The position numbers and the translations under genes were made by a program. A model generated the notes under the pieces. That model was not told the DNA's origin. It saw only the letters and a list, made by a program, of their open reading frames with translations, and ran no database searches. 64,000 nucleotides of DNA. Origin: Eledone cirrhosa. Taxonomy: Eukaryota. Location of the stretch: NCBI GenBank assembly GCA_964016885.1, contig OZ024742.1:249302001-249366000 (forward strand). The letters run 5' to 3'. Position 1 is the stretch's first letter, and every line of letters begins with the position of its first letter. This document shows, one piece after another, positions 32,203-44,904 of the stretch.

Positions 32203-32819
32203 AAAAACAATCAATGCACTAGAAACTTCTTCAGCTGATCATTGTATACATATTTTCTCTCGTACTTCTTTCACATTCCTCCGCACTCTCTTTCAAACAT
32301 TTATTCGAGATTTTTCCAATCCTTCCTCTCCTTCATCTTCCTTGCCCTCTTCTTTGTTATCTTTTTCTTTTACGCTTCTCCCTTTTCCTTTCCCTGTCTT
32401 CTTCCTCCCAATTTCTCCCAGTCTCTTTTATCCCCACCACACCCCTTGACTTTCTCTCTATTCTCTTCTTTCCTTACATCTACGCCCATTTGATTTCCTT
32501 TTTATTTTTCATTTCCGCTTCTCTTCTTCATCATATCCTCTCCATTACTCTCCACATTCCTCTAAAAACCACCATCCCTACATACTCATCCTATTAAAAA
32601 CATCTATCTACCCCACACTTTCCTAGGTCTTTCCCTATTTACATTGTCTCTCTGTCACTGAATATTCAGTCTTGTCTAATGATCCTTTGAGAACACATGT
32701 GAAACTCCAAAGTAACAAGACTCTTCCCTTAATAATGAAGCTATAATAATAAAGCTATAATAAAGAATATTATATACAAATATATGAGTATGTATGTGTA
32801 CAGAAAACGGCAGCATCAA

Positions 32820-33050
32820 CAGTTTTCCAAAAGACGGCAACGTGAAAGAACCTGTTATTTTTATCTAAAGACATTTTTTCTAATTCCAACCCACCCGTCC
32901 CTTCAATCTATCTAATTTCTCGTTCTCTCTTCTGATGATGGACTAGCGTGCGAAACATTAAAACCCTTTCAGGTTATTTCAAGCGTTAACCTAATATATT
33001 CCTTTCATATATTGTACCAATTGTGTTGTTATTTCTGTTCACCTTTTACA
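32820..33050 (+). mobile_element. PLE-like pLTR remnant with a degenerate HHR at ~32925-32965
   Basis: tt CTGATGA tggactagcgtgc GAAA cat TA aa. Confidence 0.45.
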
Positions 33051-33090
33051 TACATACATATAGATATATATATGAGTATGTATTAGCGAG

Positions 33091-33580
<490 letters not shown>

Positions 33581-33581
33581 A

Positions 33582-34018
33582 GTAGAAATAAACACAGTAA
33601 ATTGTGTGTCTAAAATTACGATGGTAGAAATGCCACATTGGTTTGAAAGATTTAACCTGAAGCATACGTAAGATGTATAATAAATATATACAGACCGTAT
33701 CAATAACTATTTCATCTCTCGGACAGATTAGAGATTTAATCTGTTGCAAACACAATTTTCAGGGCGAAACAGATTAAATCTCTAATCTGTCTGAGAGATG
33801 AAATAGTTATTGATACGGTCTGTATATATTTATTATACATCTTACGTATGCTTCAGGTTAAATCTTTCAAACCAACGTGGTATTTCTACCCTCGTAATTT
33901 TAGACACACAATTTACTGTGTTTATTTCTACATATATTATTATATAATGCTCAGTATTTATACCTTGAGCTTGTTAATTGTAGGGTATCAATATGAGTTA
34001 GTAACTCTGTATTTTATT

Positions 34019-34020
<2 letters not shown>
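33582..34020 (+). mobile_element. Young fold-back PLE-like element (~164-bp near-identical arms, ~22-nt spacer, ~90-nt tail) retaining the 3' half of an HHR
   Basis: 33582-33745 versus 33768-33931; GAA-ACAGATTA-aatctc-TAATCTGT-C forms a full stem III plus GUC. Confidence 0.85.
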
Positions 34021-34047
<27 letters not shown>

Positions 34048-34052
<5 letters not shown>

Positions 34053-34243
34053 AACGAGTAGGACCCCGACGGGTGAGCTCAAGCCGTTTCGACGGCTAAT
34101 TCTAGTCCAGAATTAGCCGTCGAAACAGCTTGAGCTCAGCTGTCGGGGTCCTACTCGGTCCTATTACCCACTCTACTACCCTAAGTATTGAGTACTTTGG
34201 TGCGTTATGGTCCACCTGGTTCCTTACCACATTTCCTTCGTTA
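34048..34243 (+). mobile_element. Fold-back PLE-like mini-element in (TA)n with an HHR 3' half
   Basis: ~55-bp arms around agtcc; cGAAACAGCT-tgagctc-AGCTGTC then gggg; ~75-nt tail shared with 12180 and 38490. Confidence 0.8.
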
Positions 34244-34938
34244 TATATATATATATATATATAATTAATATATATGTGTGTGTGTGTATATCAAAAATCC
34301 ACAGGAATTGAGAGGCAATGTATGTGACCGATTTCTTCTCAGATGAACTGATTTTGTTAACCATCTAAATTACACGAGCCAGGGATAAATCGAGCCACCT
34401 GTGAGATGGTTCTACCGCCATACTCAGTATATTTGCACTGAATGTGGCTTAATTTGCAAGTCAACTCTTTTTTATTATGATCCAATTATTTTTTACGATA
34501 ACTATGCTATTATGTATAAGGTTAAAACTAATCAAGGTTAAAACTGAAGTTGATCAAGGTGGGATTTGAACTCACAATGCAAGAAAACGTAAGGCACAAG
34601 GGCCCATATTTGAAACTGATTTGATTTATAATTCTATTGGAATGAAGAACCACATCGAAGCACTGGATTTGCTACACGTGTGAACCTACCTAAGACTAAT
34701 TAGTATAGTATCTGATGTTACTACATAGCAGAATTAACACACGATGGAGAGGTTTGAAGTTAGGAAGTGCTTTTTATTCTCGTACTAATTGATAAAAATA
34801 ATAATAATAATAAAAATAATTTTAATATACTACATAAATTGTTGGCAATTTGCAATATGTTACTGAAACACGGTAGTTATTAATTAATAATTTACATGCC
34901 AGCAACGTAAGTGGTTGGCACAGTCTTTAAAGCAGCAG

Positions 34939-35016
<78 letters not shown>

Positions 35017-35052
35017 CGCGTGTTTGTATGCATGTATATATGTGTATATATA

Positions 35053-35086
<34 letters not shown>

Positions 35087-35093
35087 CATGCAT

Positions 35094-35158
<65 letters not shown>

Positions 35159-35183
35159 TATACATACAGATATATATATCTAT

Positions 35184-35244
<61 letters not shown>

Positions 35245-35914
35245 TTTATAAATCTATGTAGCTATATATGTGTGTATATAGGTATATGCATATGTGTGTG
35301 TGGGGGGGGGGAGGTACACATGTGTGTATAGGAATGGAAAATTTAAATAAATATAAAGAGAAAATTAATCTACGATAGGAATGTATGAAATATGTTAATA
35401 TGTTAATACCAAAGAAGACAACATGAGGAGCAACGAAGTTCCGGAATAGCTCCTGATTCTCTAAACCGGATGTGTTAGTTATGAATTGAGCAATAACCAG
35501 ATAGCCAGTCTTAGCAGAATGAAGTACTTAAGGGTGGTACATAGAGAGGTAATATTTATTTATTCAATCAATTTAATCGTCCGTGTAATGCTGGTAAGCC
35601 ATGACAGTCTGAGAAAGGTATCTTTTTGATATAGACATAAGAAGGGAAAACGAGAGAGGGAGAGAAAGAGAGAGAGAGGGGGGGAGGGAGAGAGACGGAA
35701 TAGATACAAAAAGAAGAAAATAAAGAGGGAAAAGTCAGATACAGAACAATTAAATGTTAATAGAGGTTTTGCACTCCAGACAGACATGGAGCAAACGATA
35801 GAACGTGACAATATTTCATACCATAGCCGTTTTTTCTCCACCCCCTCTCTCTCTATATGTATATATATAATACACACACACACACACACTCACACACACA
35901 CACACACACACGTA

Positions 35915-35981
<67 letters not shown>

Positions 35982-36029
35982 GGGTGTGTGGTGTGTATGT
36001 ATGTTTGTCTGTCTCTCTGACTGTAAGTG

Positions 36030-37535
36030 TTGCTGCTCTCAGTAATGTCCGCCTCATAGAGATGGGCAGCCTTCATAGACATGATGCCAGCTACATTCGC
36101 TTGTTGTCTTGCAAGCCAAAAGAAGAAAGACGCCATTCTGGCGGTAGCTTTATAATAAGAAAACCCATCGCCTCAAGACACCGACATTTGCCAGTATTTC
36201 ACTTCGATCGCATCTTCTCCATGGACATTAAATATTGGTAAAAAAGAACATTACAATTTTCTGTAGGTCAAGCAAAAAAAAAAAGGAAAAATAATGAAAA
36301 TAAAATGGTTTGGTTCTAATCTCTGTAAAACTGTACGGAGTAATCTTGGAGGTGACAGAATCATAATCCTTGGCGATTTTATTGGTAGCGGAGGTTGCAA
36401 AGTGGAACTCTGAGTGAGTTTTAGGCGTTGGAAACTGCAAGGACAACTATTAGACAAGCTGGATGTATTATTGGTCAAAACACCAAGTTAAAGAAAGAAG
36501 GCACCTCTTAACAGTCTGCTAAGGTGAGTACTGATTTGCTGGCTAATCTCATCGGTTAGGTCTTGATGATCCCTTTTCCTCCATGGATTATTCTTCGGTG
36601 GTCTTATGGGAACATCTAAAACCCACTGTGCTAAATTCTACCGAAATGTCCTGGAAAGTTCCACGAGGAAGACCAGGGACTGGTTCCACGAAAACAAACT
36701 GAAGATCCAGGACATACAAGCTAAGAAAAGAATGATCCATCCACTAGACACAACTTATTCAACCATTTTGTACTGCTAAGAAAGTATCCTGCCGCCTTAT
36801 ATGCAGGAAGCTCCAGCGCAGACACCTCGCAAAAGACGTCAGTTTTGTGCAGAATTCAAGGACTACAGCAGTTACTTACGAGACGTTAACGGTGTTGTAT
36901 GACCCTTCGTACAAAATACAATCTCTCTTAGAAATTGCACATAGATAAGATTTATTCACAGTCAGAGCAATACATCCTGAATGAGTTGTCAGAATATTTC
37001 CAGACACTTATCGACACCGCTCTCGTAGTTCAAAAAGTTAGTAAATATTGATGAAATTCTGACCTTGGAAGGGACAATGAAGACCATGAGGGAGGTGGAA
37101 ATTGGAAAGGCCGCAGGTGTTAGCAGAATCAGGGCATATATTTGAAATAGAGAAGAATAAGCACGACACATCAAACGCTAAGTGTTATTTGTGGGCTGCT
37201 GGGAACAAGGCAACTTATGACAGAAACCCCATGATGAAGCCATCACCACTGTGAAGAAAGAAGGGAAATTTGATTACTGCAGCTATCTGGGATTACTGCA
37301 GCTATTGCGAGGAAAAATCCTTGCAAGAGTAGTACAGAATAGGCGAATGCCAGTCATTACAGAAAACACCTACCAGAGAGATAATGTTGTTCCAGAGCTA
37401 ACAGAGGCACCACTGTCCACAACTCAGAGAGCTCTGAAAGCAATGCAGGGAACCGTATAAAAGGACGGCACGAAATTTTGTAGACTTTACCAAAGCACTC
37501 GATATTGCAAATAGGAAGGATAATGGAACGCCTAG
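36030..37535 (+). mobile_element. Highly degenerate RTE/BovB-like LINE fragment (APE to RT N-terminus)
   Basis: AALSNVRL..GSL..AS Y..KPKEERRHSGGSFII; GKAAG; GKILARV; FVD-TKA-D..NRKG-type motifs. Confidence 0.75.
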
Positions 37536-37558
37536 GATTCTAGTTTTACTATGTCCTT

Positions 37559-37634
<76 letters not shown>

Positions 37635-37870
37635 ATATATATATATATCTTTCTCTATCCCTCTCTTTCCCTCTCTCCCACTCCCTCTGTTTTCTCCCTT
37701 AGACCCTTCTCTCTCATACTGTTAGTGTTTCTGTTAAACGATGTAATAGCCTCCATGTATTTATCTTTGGTGGCTCATTGATAGTGATTGCATCTCCAAA
37801 CATAGCTGACCAGTGTTAAATGTTCACAATTTCCCTTCTGACAAGTAATGATTCTGCCTTTGAATCTTAC

Positions 37871-38044
37871 CGTAGCCTTCATAAACTGGAATATCATATT
37901 TATGGTTGTATCGTGTTTGAAAATTTCTGTAGCCCCCACTATCAGTGGTATATATCAGACCAGTTTTAAAATGTCCCCTATTTCTCTGAAACTGGATATT
38001 TTTTGGCTTGAAAGAAATACTGCCACAGTATTCTGGATAGTCCC
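37871..38044 (-). CDS. Probable internal coding exon (174 nt, phase 1-1) of an unidentified host gene
   Basis: Polypyrimidine acceptor ctctctttacgccctttgtgtactttAG, donor G|GTAAGA, open frame (G)DYPEYCGSISFKPKNIQFQRNRGHFKTGLIYTTDSGGYRNFQTRYNHKYDIPVYEGY; unique non-repetitive sequence. Confidence 0.6.
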
Positions 38045-38380
38045 CTAAAGTACACAAAGGGCGTAAAGAGAGTAACCGGTATATACAAGATCTTATTTCA
38101 GAGTAGGAAGGCCAACAGATACAGTGCTAACTAGATGTTAGAGAGATAAAGTCGTTGCTGTTCTGGTAGATTTCAATAACCATTACAATCAACACTCTTT
38201 TGGCTCTTTAATAAGAGGGTGTGGTTCGTATTTTCTCCATTTTCTTCTCTTTTTTTTCGTTTCCTTTAACACTTGCATCCTTTTCATTTCTTTATTCTCA
38301 TACACTTCTGAACATAGATTCTTTCACTTTTTCCACTTTTTCCTCATTTAATGTTACGTGTGCATACAGAGAGAGAGCGC

Positions 38381-38469
<89 letters not shown>

Positions 38470-38489
38470 ACACACACACATATATATAT

Positions 38490-38678
38490 ATAGGAAAAGA
38501 GTCAGGACAGCGACGGCTGAGCTCCGGCCGTTTCAACAGCTATCTCTCTAACATCTAGTTCGGATCTAGCTTTCGAAACGGCCGGAGCTCAGCCGTCGGG
38601 GTCCTGACTCTTTTCCTATTACCCACTTTTCTACCCTTAGTATTGAGTACTATGGTCCACCTGGTATCTTACCATACT
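38490..38678 (+). mobile_element. Fold-back PLE-like mini-element (third copy of the family) with an HHR 3' half
   Basis: ataggaaaagagtcaggac..gtcctgactcttttcctat; cGAAACGGC-cggagctca-GCCGTC gggg. Confidence 0.8.
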
Positions 38679-38828
38679 CTCTTCCGCCTCCGTGGTATTT
38701 TCTTCGGGGTTATAAGAGGCTTAGCTCTGTTTCTCGACCGTTATATCGCGTGACTATCTCCCCCTCCGCCTTTTGGGATTCTTTCTCACGTCGTGTAGAC
38801 GCGTTCTTGAAGCTAGTAAAATGAGGTA

Positions 38829-38918
38829 TCCTCTTGATAAGTCGGCAGACCTCGCAAGGACTCTATATCTTTATGATGTATTGTTTTTGTTTATGCCACG
38901 AAACTACGTAGTCGAGGA
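38829..38918 (+). ncRNA. Type I hammerhead ribozyme with U3-A8 core and long loop II (copy 1)
   Basis: tcctc TTGATAA gt(c)ggca..~45 nt..tgccac GAAA ctacgtag TC gagga; 10-nt palindrome ACTACGTAGT; predicted cleavage after 38913. Confidence 0.8.
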
Positions 38919-39421
38919 ATCTAGGAGTAGTTTAGGTATGATACATTTTATTACTAATTATATCTAAATGTTTCTTCTCTCTTCATAATGTATTTTTAAC
39001 TCTGATACTGGTTCAGTCTAATTCAACCGGATTGGTTTGTCCCAGTCATTCATTGAGCAACATCGGTGAGGTTGGCACCATTAACTCACGGTTGGGTGTG
39101 GATGCATTCATGTATATGTGTGTGTCCGCATGTATCTGTGTGTTTCTAAATATATTGTTCATAACTCCCTCTGGTCGAGTAATCTTTGAAGTGTGGTGAC
39201 TGCTGGAAAGCTGCCATTACTCATACTTCTTGCCTCCTTCACCACCTCTTCTACGGCTTCGATATAAATACCTCCTCCGCCTCCGTGGTATTTTCTTCGG
39301 GGTTATAAGAGGCTTAGCTCTGTTTCTCGACCGTTATATCGCGTGACTATCTCGCCCTCCGCCTTTTGGGATTCTTTCTCACGTCGTGTAGACGCGTTCT
39401 TGAAACTAGTAAAATGAGGTA

Positions 39422-39511
39422 TCCTCTTGATAAGTCGGCAGACCTCGCAAGGACTCTATATCTTTATGATGTATTGTTTTTGTTTATGCCACGAAACTAC
39501 GTAGTCGAGGA
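39422..39511 (+). ncRNA. Type I hammerhead ribozyme with U3-A8 core (copy 2, identical)
   Basis: Same sequence as copy 1; predicted cleavage after 39506. Confidence 0.8.
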
Positions 39512-39580
39512 ATCTAAGAGCAGTTTAGGTATGATACATTTTATTACTAATTATATCTAAATGTTTCTTCTCTCTTCATA

Positions 39581-39649
<69 letters not shown>

Positions 39650-39652
<3 letters not shown>

Positions 39653-40246
39653 TCAACCTGTTAGTTCTTTCGTTACTTTGGTACTGTGTGTTAGATTTTG
39701 CCTACCACAATGTTCAATTTGTCAAGCTATTTAAACGTATGTTATTACTCTAAAGACCTACCTTGTCGAGTGCTTTGCTAACTCATTCATATAGTAGGTC
39801 GAATTTGCTTGCACACCACCAAAGATTCGATTGTACTAAGCATCCAATTATATTATTTTCTCCTAGATTTAATAATTAACTAATTAATTTAATTAGACAA
39901 TTCTGTTGATTGGTTAATTATTTGTGTTTGTTTAATAACATCTGGTCGAGAGCTTATTCTGTAAGTTAGCGGAAATTATAATATTTCCTTTGTCTAACAT
40001 TTTGAATGACCCGCCAAAAACCGGGGGATATTTCCCTTGCTGGAAATAACACGTGACAACTAAATATACGATTCGCTGCTGCTAGCGGCAACATTTAGGA
40101 TCTCGCCCCGTTCTTTGGTAGAACGAAAATCTGTTGATGAATTGAATCCTCTGTTCGATCATGAATACCACGAGCTTGCCAGTTACGTAAGTCTGATATT
40201 TGATTTCGGATTCATAGAAACACTTTATTGTGTGCGTGTGTGTATA

Positions 40247-40328
<82 letters not shown>

Positions 40329-40563
40329 GTGTGTATATATACATAAATATGTATAATGTAAACGGTGTGAACTGAAAATAAATCAAAGCATCCATTTTAA
40401 ACCTATACGTTTGATTTGTCCAGGTGTATTTTTTCTCAACCTGTTAGTTCTTTCGTTACTTTGGTATTGTGTGATAGATTTTGCCTACCACAATGTTCAA
40501 TTTGTCAAGCTATTTAAACGTATGTTATTACTCTAAGGATCTACCTTGTCGAGTGATTTGCTA
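39650..40563. repeat. ~130-bp direct repeat pair (39650-39780 and 40433-40563)
   Basis: ttctcaacctgttagttctttcg...ctaccttgtcgagtg.tttgcta occurs twice. Confidence 0.85.
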
Positions 40564-40960
40564 TGAATTCGCCAAGGAAGTATCTATATTCAGGCCCTCT
40601 GTTTAGTTCATAAACTTGCACCACCGACAGAGATATTTCTTTCATGCTAAGCTTCAAATTCTCCCTCCAAATGTGACCCAGTCCATAACACATTCTGACA
40701 GACGGGGACTTGTGCGTTTCGGTTGCCACACCTGAACAGAGGAGTTTCTATCCTATATCAGTTTGAGAACCATGGAATTTTATTCAGAAAACCCCAACTA
40801 AATCTAACCTGTAGCATCTGGCCTCCACCGCTAGTTCCCGTTCTTTGCCTATAAGGGTTGTAATGTTCCAGTAACCAATTGTCAAGGTTTTCTCCCTTAC
40901 GGATCGTATTGCAGCTAACCATCATATCCACCAGCTTCAACCCGTTCTCTAGCAGAACAG
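40564..40960 (-). mobile_element. 5' APE fragment of an RTE LINE
   Basis: TLTIGYWNITTLIGKERELAVEARCYRLDLVGV..KLLCSGV..LSVVQVY. Confidence 0.7.
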
Positions 40961-41827
40961 CTCTGCTCAGAAGTTATGCATTTTCAATAAATGTTAGTCT
41001 TTGAATTCGTATACTTCTAGCGAATATAATTTAGATGAATTCTTTCTATATATTTACTATTTTAATATTTAAATTTAACATATTAATAATAAGTTATTAT
41101 TACTATTGTATAATGATTTCTGATATTTATGCATTATAATTGTAATTTTATTGTTGGGTGGCTTTGATAAACTAATGATTGTTAATCCTTTTGTCCTTTA
41201 ACCACATTTAAAACGATAAAGGTTCCACCTAGAGTACTTACATTGCGAACATATGCACTTACATTTGCACGCAAAGTAGATATAATTATTAATTTTAGAA
41301 TCTCTTACACTTGATTTACCTAATTGTTTTCCATCTAATAGAATTTTCTGTACCACCATTTTCATACTGCTCATAATTAAAAATTATGTTGCGGTATTAT
41401 ATTGCAAATTATTGATAGGGGGCGGATCATTCAAGTAACGCTAAGTAACTTGTCCCTGTTAATCTATTCCCTCCATCTTTCTATCTATCTCTCCGTCTTT
41501 CTCCATCGATCTAGTCTCCATGTATTTCCTCTCCTCCTCTCCACCCTCTCTATAACACCCTCATTTCTCACCCCTCTCTCTCCTTCTCTCTCACCCTCTC
41601 CGTTCGATTTGTGGTTATATCTTATCAGACGCTGTGACCGCGGGTGGACACGCAGTACCGTTGGTAGGAGTCAAAACTACCAAAGTCCGGCTGAAGACCT
41701 TGGAGTTCGGTGCCTTTTATTTGTCTTTTTATTTAAAAAAAACCTTTCTTCAAAGTTTCCCTTTTAAGAAAAGATTTTTAGTTTTGCCTTCTTTTCGTTC
41801 CTTTTCATTTCTTTGTTAATTATTCTA

Positions 41828-41900
41828 ACTAGCAGAAAAACGGCCTCCGGGCGGTTTTCTGGTAGCTTATGTAGTGTGCATATTGGTATTATACGCAAAT
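41828..41900 (-). mobile_element. Helitron-like 3' terminus (paralogue of 43155)
   Basis: actagcagaaaaacggcc-tccg-ggcggttttctggtag followed by gtgtgcatattg.tattata.gcaa, shared with the 43155 copy. Confidence 0.55.
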
Positions 41901-41954
41901 ATATATGCATATAGATATATGTAAATTGAAAAGAAAATTGACAATATCTTCTCC

Positions 41955-42550
41955 TTCACCCACTTATTTCTGAGAACGTGGGGGGGGGGGGGGGGGCAGT
42001 CCATCTCAAACACTCCTTCCAGCGAGTCTGTCAGTAGCAAACATCTCTAACTGATCCAGCTGAATCCCAAAGCGTGACCAGCCAAGCTCATGGATGTTAT
42101 CCAACTATCTTGCTCAGGGTCTACCTCTGGGTCTCTTGCCGGTTGGTTCTGCCTGTAAAATGTGTCCAGCGATTCTTAACTGAGACACTCTAACCACATG
42201 CTCATAATATCGGAGTTGTGATCTCTCAATTCGGAGAAATAGCTGCTCTACCAGGAGTGACTTTATCGAGTAATGTTACTCGAAAGACCCTTCGGAGGAA
42301 TCCCATTTCTGCCAATATATTTGCAATTGTATTCTTTTCGTCATTACTCAAGATTCATGATCCTCGGTAAGAGTTGGCAGGAATACCAGGAAGACAATGA
42401 GTTTGGCCTTTACACGTACCCCCTTCTTCTGATTGCTGAATGCTGAGGCTGGCGAATTACTACACCAGCTTTTGCAATTTTTGCACTTAATTAAGCCTCC
42501 TGCATTCCATCACTCATGAACACGGCTCCAAGATACTTGAACTTCTCATA
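41955..42550 (-). mobile_element. 3' fragment of an RTE LINE (family of 8700-9170)
   Basis: EKFKYLG motif; ggataacatccatgagctt and gaattgagagatcacaa shared with the 8700 copy. Confidence 0.75.
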
Positions 42551-42764
42551 TACATTCACATGTATATAAATTTGAGGGACATCTGTACATCGGTCCATCA
42601 CACAATGTGTGTGTGCGTTTGTGTGAATGTATGTGTGTGTAAAAGGAAGGAAAGGGATACACACATATATGTCTCTAACTTAAAAACAGTGACACAGACA
42701 CACACGTGTCTCTAATTTAAGAACGCCGACAAACTCACGCACGCGCACATACACAGACTGTCCT

Positions 42765-43050
42765 ATTACCACTTAAGAGCTTTTGGCCGAGTAAACATCC
42801 CCTCAATTTTGGAACCGTCTGGGTTGTTCTGGATTGATGGGAAAAGACTTGACAGTCTTACTCTGTGCTCCTGGTCAAGAGGCAGGTGCCTTACCTGGGA
42901 CGTCACAGTTAGTGGCTCTTTTGCTTCTTCCCACATCCTGGATGCAGCGGTAAAGGCGAGAGGTACAGCATCCGCAGCTGAACGGAACAAAATCCTAAAA
43001 TACCGTGTTCTGTGAGCTAACTACATTATCCAGCTTGTGGTCTTAGATGT
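42765..43050 (+). pseudogene. Restriction-like endonuclease fragment of a CRE-clade non-LTR retrotransposon
   Basis: LEPSGL..DGKRLDSLTL.SW.RGRCLTWDVTV..A..AE..K..KY. Confidence 0.8.
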
Positions 43051-43154
43051 GTGTATTACGTACTTGTGTATTATTTTCTCTTTCTTTTTTCCTATCCCTT
43101 TCCTTTGTATATATTATATCTGTTCGTGTTTTCGTTTTGTAACCATTATATTAA

Positions 43155-44152
43155 ACTAGCAGAAAAACCACCCTTTCGGTGGTTTTTCTGCTAGTATGTG
43201 CAGTGTGCATATTGATATTATATGCAATATAAACGTTATGATATAACGATATAAATATATGAACATTTATATAAGTGTTATAACATAGCGCCTGTTATAT
43301 TATAACCGGAAGTATTGAGCTTTGAAAATTTTAAAAGAAGTGAATCTTAAAATATATAAGAATATTTATGTTTAATCAACAGTTACGAAAGTCAGTACAT
43401 AAATTATGTAATATTCATTCATTATTTATTCGTAATCTTATTATTATCGACTTATTTTATTAACGGGATAAAAAATATATTCAGGACACAGTCCCGCACT
43501 TCTCGCTTTTATTATGATGATTTTTATACAAATGAGTAATTTAAAAAAAGAGTTAAACTCTGTTGTTAATAAATAAATAAAACGTTATACTTGTTTTACC
43601 CTCCCATTTCCAATTCATCGAACGCTATCATAACTGTATGAGTGTGTTTGTGTAAATGTATATGTGTTAATGTATGCATGTGTTTGTGTGAAAGTATGTG
43701 TATTTGTGTGAATGTATGTCTGTGAGCGTGTATTTTTAGAAGTTTCTGTTTGCGCGATTATAGTTATATACTCATAATAGTTATATACTCATATATACAG
43801 ATGTATGTATGTGCACATACACATAGATCCACGTCAGCGTGTAGAAAATAATAATCACTCTATCTGTATCTCTCTCATCACACACTCTCTTTTTCTATAT
43901 ATATGGTAGTTGAAGTGGTGGTGGTGGCGACGATATACCGGAAGTGTAGAAATGTGAAACTTTGAAAAGAAGTCAATTTTAATAAGCAATAAAATTATTT
44001 ATATTAATATTTATATTAAATTTAATTTAGTACATACTTTATGTAATATTCATTCATTATTTATTCAAAGTAATCCAACTTATTTTACTAACTTGATTAA
44101 AAGAAATAAACCGTACGCAATCCCGTGATCCTTCCTTTATTATAGTTTAGAT
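43155..44152 (-). mobile_element. Non-autonomous Helitron-like element(s) with an internal tandem duplication
   Basis: Palindromic CTAG end at 43155-43195; TC-type 5' end (reverse complement tctaaactataataaag) at ~44151; 43305-43510 resembles 43937-44145. Confidence 0.55.
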
Positions 44153-44630
44153 TTTATTGTTATTAATCTGTGACGAACGTGTTCTTTCTCCTCCCCCAAT
44201 AATTTCAATCGATTACATTTTTAACACCATATCTTATTTTCTTTTTTTTACTTTTTTCCCATTCTTTTTCTTTTTTCTTTCTTTACCACCTTTTGTCAGT
44301 CTCACGAGTCTATCGTTGATATAAAAAGGACACTACCTTCTAGTCATCATACAAAACTCTATGGGTACCTGTTACGGCTTAATTGCTGTAAGTCATGGTT
44401 TGGTTTTGTCTTTTACTACACGGACCTTTTACTACAAGCTCTTTGGCTTGTTTGTCTGACACTGTAACCCCGGGTGGACCAACTGTACCTTTGGTATAGG
44501 TCGAAACTCACAAAGTCCATCTCAATGACTGAAGACTTTCGTGTGTCTTTCGTTTGTATTTTTATTTCCAAAAAGAAAAGATATTTGGTTCTACCTTGTT
44601 CGTTGTCTTCTTTGTTAATTACCCTAATTG

Positions 44631-44706
<76 letters not shown>

Positions 44707-44904
44707 GGATGCTTAGTAAAATCGAATCTTTGGCGGTGTGCAAGCACATTCGACCTACTATATGAATGATGTACCATATTTCCCGGTGCCGAAGATGCTT
44801 CATGCTCGAAGACGCACCTTAATCTTGACTCCAACAATTTGAAAAAAAAATAATAACCTTCGGCCTCCAAGACGCAAACCCCACCCTCACAGTGAGCTAA
44901 CTTC

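Larger units (their letters stand above)
38679..39586 (+). mobile_element. ORF-less direct-repeat element (two ~315-bp repeats, period 593 nt), each repeat with an HHR; retrozyme/pLTR-like
   Basis: 38679-38993 and 39272-39586 are near identical; ends in (TA)n. Confidence 0.85.

Noticed and set aside
31703-32449. 248-aa poly-Ile and 164-aa poly-Met ORFs
   Set aside because: Artefact of the (CAT)n repeat
38773-39560. Duplicated 64-aa ORF in the direct repeats
   Set aside because: TTG start, no recognisable motif, and it overlaps the ribozyme; the identity simply reflects the DNA duplication
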